A stretch of 64,000 nt of DNA from assembly GCA_963829055.1 (NCBI GenBank), contig CAWHHI010000012.1, positions 64,001 to 128,000 on the forward strand, written 5' to 3'. The translations under genes and the position numbers were made by a program. Below, piece by piece: positions 9,521-20,546 of the stretch (position 1 is the first letter of the stretch; each line of letters begins with the position of its first letter). Source of the DNA: an uncultured Gemmatimonadaceae bacterium (GTDB taxonomy: Bacteria > Gemmatimonadota > Gemmatimonadetes > Gemmatimonadales > Gemmatimonadaceae). The notes under the pieces were generated by a model. It worked only from the letters and a program-made list of their open reading frames with translations. It had not been told where the DNA came from and did no database searches.

Positions 9521-12500
9521 TCAGCAACCCATCCGGCTAGCGAGGCCGTGGAATCCGGATGCGATCGCCGCGTAACGCACCCGTTCCACGATGGCGTTGG
9601 CTGACGTCACGCCGACCGCTACGAGCGCCGGTGCACACTCCGCCACCAGCGTCGCGGTCGCGAACGCGTCGTTAGGTTCCGCTGCCTCGAGCGCGCGCTG
9701 GAAGCGATCCGCCGCGATTTCAGAATGACCGGCGAGAGAAGCAAGACGAATCGCCAATGCGTCCACACGCTCACGGCCCGTGAACCACGCCGACGCTGGC
9801 CCCGCGGTGACCATCTCGTCTGCACGTCGGAGGCGCGCTTCCGCAACGCCGATATCGCCTTGGTCCAGCGCGGCAAGTCCTGCGCTCGCGTGGGCTACGA
9901 TCTCGGTTGCTTCGTCGTCGAGCTCATTCGCGCGCGCCGCCGCGGCCTCGTATGCGGTGATCGCCTCATCCCACCGCCCGTCCTCGCGCGCGACGTGTCC
10001 CAGCGTCAGCAGCACGACGGCGCGCTTTGAATCATCGCGCACTGTCGTGAACAGCCGCAGGGCTTCCTCGAGTCGCTCACGTGCTTGACCGAGCACACCC
10101 GCTTTGAGGTCCAGCACACCGAGCGCGAAGGTCGCGATGGCGGCAAGGTCTGGCGCATGCGCCTGCCGCGCCGTGTCGAACGCCATCTCGAGCGTCTCAC
10201 GCGCCGCGCTCAGGCGACCTGCGTCCGCGTGTGCGTTGCCCGTAGCGAGCCAGCAGCGCGTCTGCCCGTGCTTGTCGCCGAGTCGCATGAACAGCGCGAG
10301 CGCCTCCCGATACCGGTCGAGCGTCTCCTCGAGGCGTTGCGCCGGGAGCGATGCGCCGAGCCGCAGCAGCGCGTCTGCATGGCCGCGCCTGTCGCCGCGC
10401 GTGGCGGACAACCGAACGGCGCGTCGGGCGGACCGCTCGGCTGCCTCGAGGTCGCCTAACGCGGCGTGCGCTTCGGCGATCATGACGTGCAGCGCGACGG
10501 CTTCTTCATCGATGTGTTCGGCCTCGGCTTCGACGAGCAGCATCGAGCACGCGTCGAGCGTTTGACGCACAGGTTGGCCGCGCCGCGCGCGCAGCCGTTC
10601 CCGAATACGGCGCACGGACAGTGCGCGCAACGTGTCGCTCTCGATTGCCAGATGATCGAGCGCCAGGTCGCAGAGGTCCTCCGCCTGTTCGAAGCGGCCT
10701 GCGAACTCGGCCACCTGAGCATGTTGGATGCGAGCGGCGGCGAGGTCGCTGGCCGACGGAGCATGTCGCTGCGCCACCGCGAGACACGCCGCCGCCTCGT
10801 CGTGGGCATGAACGCTGATCGCGCGTTCTGCCGCGAGCATCGCATAGCGATACGCTTCGCGATCGTCGCCGGCGACGTGGTAGTGACGCGCGATATCGGC
10901 AACGGCGGTCGGCGTCCTCATCTCGAGCGCACGCGCGATACGACGATGCAACTCCGGACGTACGCGATCCGGTATGACGATACGCGCGGCGTCAGCGAGC
11001 ACCGCATGCGCGAACTCGTACTCGCGCCCGTCGTGCCGCTCACCGCGAACGAGCACCGCCGCGGTCACACCCTCGTCGAGCGCACCGTCGATGTCCGCCG
11101 GCTCGCCGGCACCGGCGGCGACGAGGAGGCCGGCGTCGAACGAAGTCCCCAGCGACGCGGCGCACGCGATGATCGCCGCGGCTCGCGGAGACAACCGGGC
11201 GATGCGCCGGCTCACGAGTTGCGTGCACGCCGGCGGGAGCTGCATCTGATCCAGCGACCGCCACTCCCAGCGCGTGCCGGCATACCACACGCCTCCGTCG
11301 TCGATGAGCGCGCGTAGCACCTGCACGACGAGCAGCGGGTTCCCTTCCGTGTACCGATGAAGGAACGTCGGGAGCTCGGTGCCGATGTCACCCTGATGGA
11401 ACACGGTCTCGAGCCACCGCTTCAGCTCTTCTCGCGAAAAGCGGCGAAGACTGACCTGCGCGAACCCGCGTGAACGGGCGAGCCTCCGCCGGCGCTCGGC
11501 CACGTCACGCGCTTCCTCCGCGCGAATCGTCGCGCAGATCAGAATGCGTGCATCGCCAAGCTGGGCGACGACGAACTCGAGGGCGTCCCAGCTTGCCCGG
11601 TCCGCCCACTGCATGTCCTCGAGGACAACGGCAAGCGGCCGATTGGACGCGGCGGAGCGGAGGTATGCGACCAGTTCCTCGAGCAACGCGTACGGACTGG
11701 GTTCCCCTTCTCGCGATGGCTTGCCACGGCCTAACGCCGGAACGATCCGTGAGAGTGCAGGCCATTCCGTGGCAGCGACGAGACCTTCGTGGTGAATCGT
11801 GGCAACGACGTCGGCCCACGCCGCGAACGGCGCCTTCACGGCGGACTCCGTGTTGCGTCCGCCGACGATCAAACCAGCGCGCACGCGGACCTCGGGCTCG
11901 AGCTGTCGAAGGAGGGTGGACTTCCCCACCCCGGCCTCGCCGACGACCGCGACGAGGCGGCCGTCGCCGCGGAACGCCGCGTCGAGCCAGCTCACCAGCT
12001 TCCTCAACTCTTCGACGCGGCCGACGAAGCGGTCGAGATCCATTCGCGGCGTCGCAGGGCGCGGCTCGACGTCATCGGCGGACGCGATCCCACCGGCGCC
12101 GGCGCCTCGAGCGGCGAACAGCGCGCGATCTGCCGCGGCAATGAGCGCCTCCGCGCTGTCAGCGTTCGCCGGTGACGACGCGGCCCCGGCCGACACCGTA
12201 ATGGCCATCGTCGATTCCGGATCGTTGCGAACAGGCAAGCGCAGATGCGCGACCGCAGCCTGCAGCCGCACCGCAACCTCTCGCGCTACCGCGAGCGGGG
12301 CGCCGGGCAGGAGAATCGCGAACTCGTCACCGCCGTATCTCCCGACGACATCTCCACCGCGCAGACCATGCTGCAGCACGCGCGCGATCGCCCACAGCAC
12401 GTTGTCACCCTGCAGGTGCCCGTACGCCTCGTTCACTCGCGCGAGGTCATCGACGTCAATGAACAGGAGCGACACTGGCGCGGTTGCATTTCGGCGCCGA

Positions 12501-14267
12501 TCGAGCGCGTCGGCCACGGCCGCGATGAACGTAGCGCGCGGAAGTACTCCGGTGAGACCGTCCTCCGGGCCGGCATCTCGAGTCACACGTGCGTCAGAGG
12601 CCGTTACCGGTGACGTGACCTGACGCGGCTCCGAACAGGTCCATTCGCCCACGACTTCGTCGAACGCGCGGAATACCGCTGGGTCGAACTGCCGCCCGAC
12701 ATCGCGGCGCATGACGTCCATCGCCTCGTCGTGCGGGAGCGCGCGCTTGAAGCTGCGGTCGGACGTCAGCACATCGTAGACATCGGCGACGCACACGATG
12801 CGCGCGGCAAGCGGAATTCCTTCCCCCGCCAGGCCGTGTGGATAGCCGGAGCCGTCCCAGCATTCGTGGTGACATTCGACTATCGGGCGGACGTCCCAGG
12901 GAAAGTCGACGTCACGGAGCATCTCTGCGCCGGCGACAGGGTGGCGCCTAACGAGCGCCCACTCGTCCTCGGACAATCGCCCTGGCTTGTTCAGCAACTC
13001 GGCGGGCACAACGAGCTTCCCAATATCGTGAAGCAGCGCGCCCACCCGATACCAGAATACCATCGGCGCCGCGACACCCATCCGCGTCGCGACCGCGCAG
13101 GCGAGATCGGCGACGCGCTCGCAGTGGCCGTGCGTGTTGAGGTCCTTGGCCTCGATGGACTGACCCCATCGACGCACCACATCGATGAATTGCGCTTCCA
13201 GACGACGCGTGCGGCGCGAAAGATCGGCGACCGCAACGGTTCCACGGAGCTGCGACAAAGCGCGGTACGCGCGATTGAGCGCGATGATCGTCTCGCGATG
13301 GCGATCCTGACGGTGGTAGAGCTCCGCGCGCTCGGCTGCGATTTCCGCCGCAAGAATCGGATCGTCCTGGTCGCGCATCGCGGCCTCGGCACCCGAGAGT
13401 CGTTCCTCGGCGCGCGTGAGGTCGCCTCGCCCGCGCGCGACCATGGCGGCGGTGCGGAACGCGGCCGCCATCGCGCGCGGCTCGCGAATGCGGCGGGCCG
13501 TCTCGAGCGCCCGCTCGCAGACGTCGTGAGCGCGATCGATGTCGCCGCGACGCGCCAACAGTTCGGCGTGACGGAGCTCCGCGAATAGTACGGCCGCAGG
13601 TTCGCCCAACCCGGCGGCAACGGCTACCGCTTCGGCAAAGCCGGCATCCGACTCCGCCCATCGACGGGCGTCATCATGCAGCTCAGCCAGTGAGACCAGC
13701 GTTAGGCTCAAGTCTGCCGTCTGCCCGGTCGCCCGCAGTTCAGCCAGGCATTCTTCGTAGAGCGCGATCCCGTCATTCAGTGCGCCACGCGCGACCGCAA
13801 GGGCGGCGAGCGTTCGGAGTGCGGCGTTCGCTTCGCGTCCGTCGCCCGATGTGTGCGCCCATTGGCGAGCGCGCGTGGCTTCACGCTCCGCTCCGGCTAC
13901 GTCACCGCCCTCCCACAGGATGCGAGCGCGAAGGGACGCCGCGCGCGCGGAGTCCGCGTCTGCGCCAGCGGCCGCAGCAGACGCCAGCGCCAGCCTCGAG
14001 AATGTCGAGCGCCACCAATGGTTCTCCGGCGGAATTGGCTAAGCGTGCGCTGTTCAGTAGAGCGACAGGCACCACAGGGGCGTCGGTCGGTCCGACGGCG
14101 CGATGCAAGGCGCCTTCGTACAGTTCGCGTGCGAGGTCAGAGCGGCCACGCACTTCCGCCGCGCGAGCCTGCTCCAGGAGCGCGCCAGCCGAGTCGTCGG
14201 TGCTCCCGACGAGTCGCAGTCGCGAGGCATCGCCGCGCTCCGTTCCGAACGGACGTGCGGGCTTCAC
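9521..14267 (-). CDS. Large multidomain signalling protein: TPR-like - HD-GYP - GGDEF - P-loop (AAA_16/STAND-like) ATPase - TPR (N-terminal part frameshifted)
   Basis: HCERVA, LLHDIGK, HHECWDGSGYPHGL, ADVYD (HD-GYP); DVDDL, RYGGDEF (DGC); FVGR, GEAGVGKS, VVLEDMQWAD, TEGNPL, FAHAVL (STAND-like ATPase); helical repeats at both ends. ORF 13902-14504 supplies the N-terminus. Confidence 0.88.
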
Positions 14268-14723
14268 GCGTGACCGCGCTCGCCCAAGCGACGACAGCGC
14301 CGCGCAATAGATGCGCGGCGCGCCGGCAGATGAGACGAGCGCGCGTGAGGCATGACGGTGACGAACAGGATGCGGGGTCGGCGCAGTGACCGAGGAACTC
14401 AACGTATGACGCCGGAACCCATCTGTTAGGCAACGTCGGGACCACGTTCGCGCGATGGCCGCGCCGACCGCGTTCGGTACGCCCTCGCATACGGCGCAGG
14501 CCATTCCCTAACGCCACGCCTACGAGCGGTGATATCGCACACGCGATGCGTGCGGCATGCGTCACGAAACCCGAAGCGAGGAGCGCGGTGCGGAACTCCT
14601 GTCCCGCGAGTCGCGTGTCAGACGCGTCTGGCGAAACACGCGAAGACTGGCCATTCGCGGGATCGCTCTTCGGTGTTGGAACATGGCCTGGTTCACTATC
14701 TCTCCGGCTCAGCCCTGCTTCGT

Positions 14724-15475
14724 TCAATCGGCGGCTGCGGGCGCCAGCGTCCGTCTGTCACGCACGGCGACAGCGTGCCCTCGTCCATAGGCGAAGTACA
14801 CGACCATACCGATCGCTAGCCAGATCACGAGGCGCGCCCACGTCGCGACCGGCAGCACGAGCATCTGACGACGCAGACCGTGGCACCCAGGATCGGAACC
14901 CAGGGCATACCCGGCGTGCGGAATGGACGTTCGAGATCTGGTGCGGTCTTCCGCAGAATGATGATCCCGACGCAGACGAGCGTGAACGCGAGCAGCGTTC
15001 CCATGCTCACGAGCTGGCTGAGCGTCGTTAGGGGAAGAAGCCCGGCGGCGATCGCGACAATGACACCGGTGACCAAGCGTGCTCACGTGCGGCGTCCGAA
15101 ACCTTCACGACAGGGCTGAACCACGTCAGTCCCGTCGCTTCGATTCCAACGGCGATTGGATCCGCGACGTTGAGCTTCGCATAGGGCACGATCCCGATCA
15201 GCACGATCGCGACGCAATGTACAACACGGTGCATAACGCGAGAGACACGAGAATGCCGAACGGGAGGTCCCGTTGTGGGTTCTTCGATTCCTGCGCGGCG
15301 GTGGAAACCGCGTCGAAGCCGATGTAGGCGAAGAACATCACCGCCGCTCCCCGAAGTACACCGCTCCAGCCGAAGCTGCCGAAGATACCTGTGTTCGGCG
15401 GGATGAACGGCGTGAGATTCTCTCGACGCACGTAAGTCGCAGCTCGGCGACGGATTTCTTGGTGAAGAGAGACAT
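14724..15475 (-). pseudogene. APC-family amino-acid permease with two apparent internal deletions
   Basis: MSLFTKKSVAELR jumps directly to YVRRENLTPFIPPN..FFAYIGFDAVSTAAQESKNPQRDLP. Later VVKV joins FRTPHVST..LVSMGTLLAF..RPFRTPGMPWVP. Total ~750 nt, about half the usual length. Confidence 0.72.
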
Positions 15476-15479
15476 CGTC

Positions 15480-15507
15480 GGGAATCGGGAACGGGGAATC
15501 GGGAATC
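15480..15507 (+). repeat. Heptamer tandem repeat (GGGAATC)x4
   Basis: GGGAATC GGGAACG GGGAATC GGGAATC. Confidence 0.85.
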
Positions 15508-15641
15508 GATCGCGCCGGCCCTGTCCCCAACATGCACGACGATCACGCCGGCGAGCGTCCGACGGGCGTGAGAACGGTGTGCGAGCCGAGTGGTCGCGTT
15601 GTTAGGCAGCCAGCAAGCAGCCCCGGTCACCGTTCCCGCCC

Positions 15642-15676
15642 GATTCCCGATTCCCGATTCCCGATTCCCTATTCCC
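15642..15676 (-). repeat. Heptamer tandem repeat (GATTCCC)x5, inverted relative to 15480
   Basis: GATTCCC x4 + TATTCCC; overlaps the response-regulator stop. Confidence 0.85.
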
Positions 15677-16372
15677 GACTGAGCCGATATCCCGTCTTGA
15701 GCACCGTCAGAATGTGCCGCGGGTTTGCCGGGTCCGACTCGAGCTTGCGCCGAAGCTCGGCGATGTGCGTATCCACCGTGCGGCTCATCACCGAGTCGTC
15801 GTAGCCCCACACTTCCTTGAGCAGCTCGATGCGCGTCGCCACCTGCCCGTTGCGTCGGAGCAGTGCCACCAGCAGGTCATATTCCTTCGGCCGCAGTGCG
15901 ACCGCCGCGCCATCACGCGTCACCGTGTGGCGTGCCGCGTCGACCCGCACATCGCCGAACCCGGAAGGCGCGTCCGCCTGTGACGCGCGGCGCGTCGCCG
16001 TTAGGCCGGGTCGCGCGGCGGAGCAGCGCGTCGATCCGCGCCAGAAGCTCCATGAGTCCGAACGGCTTCGTGACGTAGTCATCGGCGCCGAAGCGGAAGC
16101 CGCGGACCTTGTCCGCCTCTTCACCTAACGCCGTCAGGACGAGGACTGGCGTGGTGTCCCCGTCGTCGCGCAGCGTTCGGAGGACACGATAGCCGTCAGT
16201 ATCCGGCAGCATCAGGTCGAGCACGATGAGGTCCGGACGCTTCTCACGTGCGAGCGCCAGCCCCGCGCGCGCCGTCGTTCGCGCAGAGTACCGAATAACC
16301 CTCGAACTCGAGGTTGCTCTGCAGCCCGCGCGCGAGCTTGTCGTTGTCTTCGATGAGGAGAACGGTCGGCAT
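15669..16372 (-). CDS. OmpR/PhoB-family response regulator (frameshifted)
   Basis: [26 protein letters not shown], wHTH VWGY...[24 protein letters not shown]. Confidence 0.92.
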
Positions 16373-16374
16373 GT

Positions 16375-18181
16375 TCAGGATTCGCGAGCCGACGAACCAG
16401 GCCTACGCGCCAGCCGCCGCCGAGCGCGCGCCGTCCAACTCTGCCGCTCGCGTGACCCGTTGCTCGCGTCCCACCGCCGTTCGCGCGAACGCTCGCGTCG
16501 CGCCGCCGCACCAGCCGCCGGCTCGGCCCCTGCGGGAACACCAGTCGGAAGCTCGACGACGAATCGCGCGCCGCCTGTTGGCGCATCCTCGACGTAGGCC
16601 ATGCCGCGGTGCAACGCGGTCAGCTCGCGCACGACCGCCAGCCCGATCCCGCTTCCCTCGTTCGCTGCATTCCGCTCGCGACGAAGTCGCACGTACGGGC
16701 TCCAGATGCGGTTGCGATCGACGAGCGGGATGCCGGGCCCCTGGTCCTCCACCGCGATCCGCGCGAGACTGTCGGCGCGCTCGACGATCAGCCGCACCGT
16801 CTGCCCGCGCGGTCCAAACTTGAGCGCGTTGTCGAGGAGATTCAGGACGATCTGTCGCACCGCACCACAATCGACGAACGCCGTGATGGATTCGCGAATA
16901 TCGGTGACGACATGAGATCCGCGCTCCTCCGCGAGCGGCGCGAACGTCGCAACGATTGTGGCGACGAGTGGGTCGAGCTCCGTCTGCGTACGCTCGAGTT
17001 CCACACGGCCTTCGCTGGTGCGCGCGAAGTGCAGCACGTTGTCCACCATGCGCATGAGACGTCGCGCCTCGTGGACGATCGTCTCGACCGCGAGCTGACG
17101 ATCGGCTTCCGAGCGAACGCGCCCGAGCTCGAGCGTCTCACCGAACAGGAGAATCTGCGCGAGCGGCGTCCGCAGCTCGTGCGACACGCTCGACGTGAAG
17201 TCCGCGCGAAGTCGCGCCAGGTCGTGCTCGCGTCGAAGCTGCAGCAAGCGCGACGGCGGCGAGCGCAACGGTGAGCGCGAGCAGGCCAAGCAACATCGGA
17301 AGCCGTGAGCCGGGCGGACGACCCACCAGCAGTCGCTCGGGCGCGCTCGCCCGCAGCGCCGCGTGGACGATCAACGGGACGCCGACACCATCGAGCGCGA
17401 CGTCGCTCGCGTACGGAGACGCCGCACTGGCCGGCGTCGACGTACCCGACCGGTACCACTCCTGTCCCTGCGCATCGCTCACCGTGAGCACGAGCAGCGA
17501 ATCGTTCGACGCGCCACCGGTGACCGAACCGGGCAGCAGCGCGTGCGCCCTCATGACGTCACGCAGCACGCCTTCGCCAACCGCACGCGGACACGTTGTG
17601 AAGCCGTACGCGGCGAGCGGCGCGCCATGCTGCGCATACCGAATCGCGTAGAACACGAGGCGGCCGGGGGCGTGAACGGGATCAGCCACCGCGGCGTACC
17701 GCATCTCCGGTCGATACCGCAGCCGGTTGTTGGTGACGACCGTGTCTCGTAGCCAGCGGACGAATCCGCTGTCGGCGACGCCGCCGCCGAGAGCGACGGA
17801 CCCATCGCGAAGGTCTACCCGGAACACGACGCGCGCCGAATCGCCGGCACTCTGCCGACACGCGAGCACGTCGCGGGCGGGAGCGGTAACCAGGTCCGGT
17901 GGAGCGAGCAACTCGTAGGGCGAGCTCGCCCGGACGCTCGTCACCGGCGAGAGCAGCTCGCTCGCCGCTTCGCCGAGCCGGTCCTGGGCGTTCGCGACGT
18001 ACTCCCACGCTGCAACGGACGCGTAGTCCCGCAGCGCACGCTCGGCCGTCACACGATGCGACCGCGCCGCGTCGTGCGCCTCGTAGGCGAGCGACGCCGC
18101 AAGCACCACGGTGAGCGTGAGCAGCCCGACGAGGAGCGTGATGCGTGGCGCGGCAACGTGGCGTGTCGGCAGGCTGGGCAT
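16375..18181 (-). CDS. Membrane sensor histidine kinase (frameshifted)
   Basis: Two TM segments around an extracytoplasmic domain; SVSHELRTPL, NLLDNALKF, DQGPGIP, GSGIGLA, GGARF. Confidence 0.92.
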
Positions 18182-18298
18182 ATCGCAGGATAGCACTCGG
18201 CTCAGGCGGAGAACAGGAACGCCGCGGCAACCGCCACGCCGCGTCAGGCACGTGCGGCGGCCCCTAAGTCGCGCCGCCAGCGCTCGCCGGACAACCCT

Positions 18299-18317
18299 TC
18301 TGACACGGCTCTGACAG
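18299..18317. promoter_or_regulatory. Candidate OmpR/PhoB-type binding site (TCTGACA direct repeat, 11-bp period)
   Basis: TCTGACA 18299-18305 and 18310-18316, between the divergent histidine kinase and corA. Confidence 0.4.
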
Positions 18318-18528
18318 CGGTCGCACGCGTCCATTCGGCCGAGGGGTGCTCCCGACAATCGACCCGCGCCCCTAGCTTAGGCGTGACGGGCGCCTCGGCC
18401 GAGTCCCGACCTCCGGCGCCGTCGTCCGCCCGTTACTCAATCGTTTCGCCGGATCCTCCGTGACCACGCCTGCCCGCGCCCCGAACCTAACGCCGACCGA
18501 CGGTACCGCGACGGCGACCGACCGGCAC

Positions 18529-19506
18529 ATGCCGCACAGCGTCATGCGCGACCGCGAGCGGGCGGCTCGCGTTCGACCTTCCACCACGCGAGATCCGCGA
18601 CGCACTGGCCGACCCCGGCACCAAGCTCTGGGTCGACATCGACAGCACGAGTCGTCACCAGCACGCGGTGCTCGAGAAGCTGTTCAAGTTCCACCCGCTG
18701 ACCATCGAGGACACGCTCAACCCGAACAGCCGGGTGAAGATCGAGGCCTACGATGGATTTCTGTTCGTCGTGCTGCGCGCGATCCGCTTCTGCGACACGA
18801 CGACCGATCCCTACGACCTCGAGACCGAAAACCTCTACATCTACATCGGCGCGAACTACGTCGTCAGCGTTCACGCAGGCGAGTCACAGACGGTGGACAC
18901 GGTCGCCGACCTGGTGCGACGGAGCCCCGATCTGTTCGACCGCGGTCCCGCTCGCCTCGCGCACACGCTCTGCGACACAGCGATCGATGCGTTCTTCCCG
19001 ATCCTCGATCGCGTCGACGAGTTCGTCGACGGGCTCGAGTCGCGCGTCTTCGAGCGGTTCGATGAGACGAGCGCTGCACGACATCTTCGCGCTGAAGCGC
19101 ACGGTGCTGTCGCTCCGACGGTACCTCGCGCCGCAGCGCGAGATCTTCAACGTGCTCACGAACCGGCCGTCGCCGCTGCTCCCGCCGGAATCGCAGCTGT
19201 ACTTCCGAGACGTCTACGATCACGTGCTGCGCATCAACGACTCGCTCGACACGTTCCGCGAGCTTCTGAGCAGCACGCTCGACAGCTACCTCACGCAGGT
19301 CTCGAACCGGCTCGGGTCGATCACGAAGGGGCTGTCGGTGATCGCGACGCTCAGCGTCCCGTTCGTCGTCATCAGCGGCATGTGGGGGATGAACTTCGGG
19401 CGAGATTCCGCTGTCAGGGCTACCCGCACGGATTCCTGCTGATGGTGTCCTGCAGCTCGCGTTAGGTGTCGTGCTGGTCGCGATCCTTCGCTGGAAGAAG
19501 CTCTGA
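18529..19506 (+). CDS. corA: CorA-family Mg2+/Co2+ transporter (frameshifted)
   Basis: FHPLTIED, LYFRDVYDH, ISGMWGMNF (GMN signature). Start uncertain (18460 or 18529). Confidence 0.9.
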
Positions 19507-19545
19507 AATCGCGGTGAAGTCGGCGCGCGGCTCGGCCGACGCGCG

Positions 19546-20539
19546 TCAGGGAAGCGGACCTCGCCATGCCGCCAGCATCAGCTCCAGCGCGAGCGCCAAC
19601 GAGCGCGATACCGAGCGGCCAGCGATACAGCTCCGAGTAGCGCGTGTACACGCGCGTGCGCACGGGCGTGCGCTCCAGCCGATCGATCTCCTCGGTGATG
19701 CGTTGCAGCGCCGCCGCGTCACGCGCGCGGAAGTACCGTCCACCGGTCCGCTCGCGCGATGTCCGTGAGCAGTGCATCGTCGATCTCGACCGGCCGATTC
19801 TCGTACCGCAGCCCGAACACGCCACGGCCGACAGGCACGGGCGCCATGCCCTCGGTGCCGACGCCGATGGTGTAGATCTTCACGCCGAACGCGGACGCCG
19901 CCTGCGCCGCCGTTCGCGGATCGATCGAGCCGCGATTGTTCACGCCGTCGGTGAGCAGGACGACCACGCGCGAATTGCCCGGCGCATCGCGCAGGCGGTT
20001 CGCCGCCGTCGCGATCGCCGTCCCGATCGCGGTTCCGTCCTCGAGTTGGCCGGGCTGCAGGTTGTCCACCGCGGCCATCACGACGGGATAGTCGGTCGTC
20101 AGCGGCACCTGCGTGAGCGCCTCACCGGAGAACGCGACGACGCCAATGCGGTCGCTGCCGCGCATCGCGATGAACTGCTTCACCTTGTCGCGCGCCACCT
20201 CGAGCCGGTTCTGCGGCTGGAAATCTTCGGCCAGCATCGAGCTCGAGATGTCGAACGCGATGACGATGTTGATGCCCTCGGTCGTCGACTGCTCCGCGCG
20301 ACCGGCGGATCGCGGCCGAGCGAGCGCGATGATCAGGCCGAGCGAGCACGAGATTGCGCGCGACGACCAGCGAGCGCGCGATCGCGCGCCCGCGCGCGGG
20401 CCCGCGCGCGAGCACGGAAACGCGCGAGAACACGATGGCTGCCGGACGACGACGTCGCCGCCACACCCACCAGATCGGCAGGAAGAGCAGCAACAGCAGG
20501 ACCCACGGAGCACCGAACTCCAGATGCGGGAATGTTCAT
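19546..20539 (-). CDS. BatA-like VWA-domain protein (frameshifted)
   Basis: ALARP, MIDAS DISSSM, DRIGVVAF, GTAIG, LLTDGVNN, IYTIGVG. Confidence 0.88.
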
Positions 20540-20546
20540 GGCCTAA

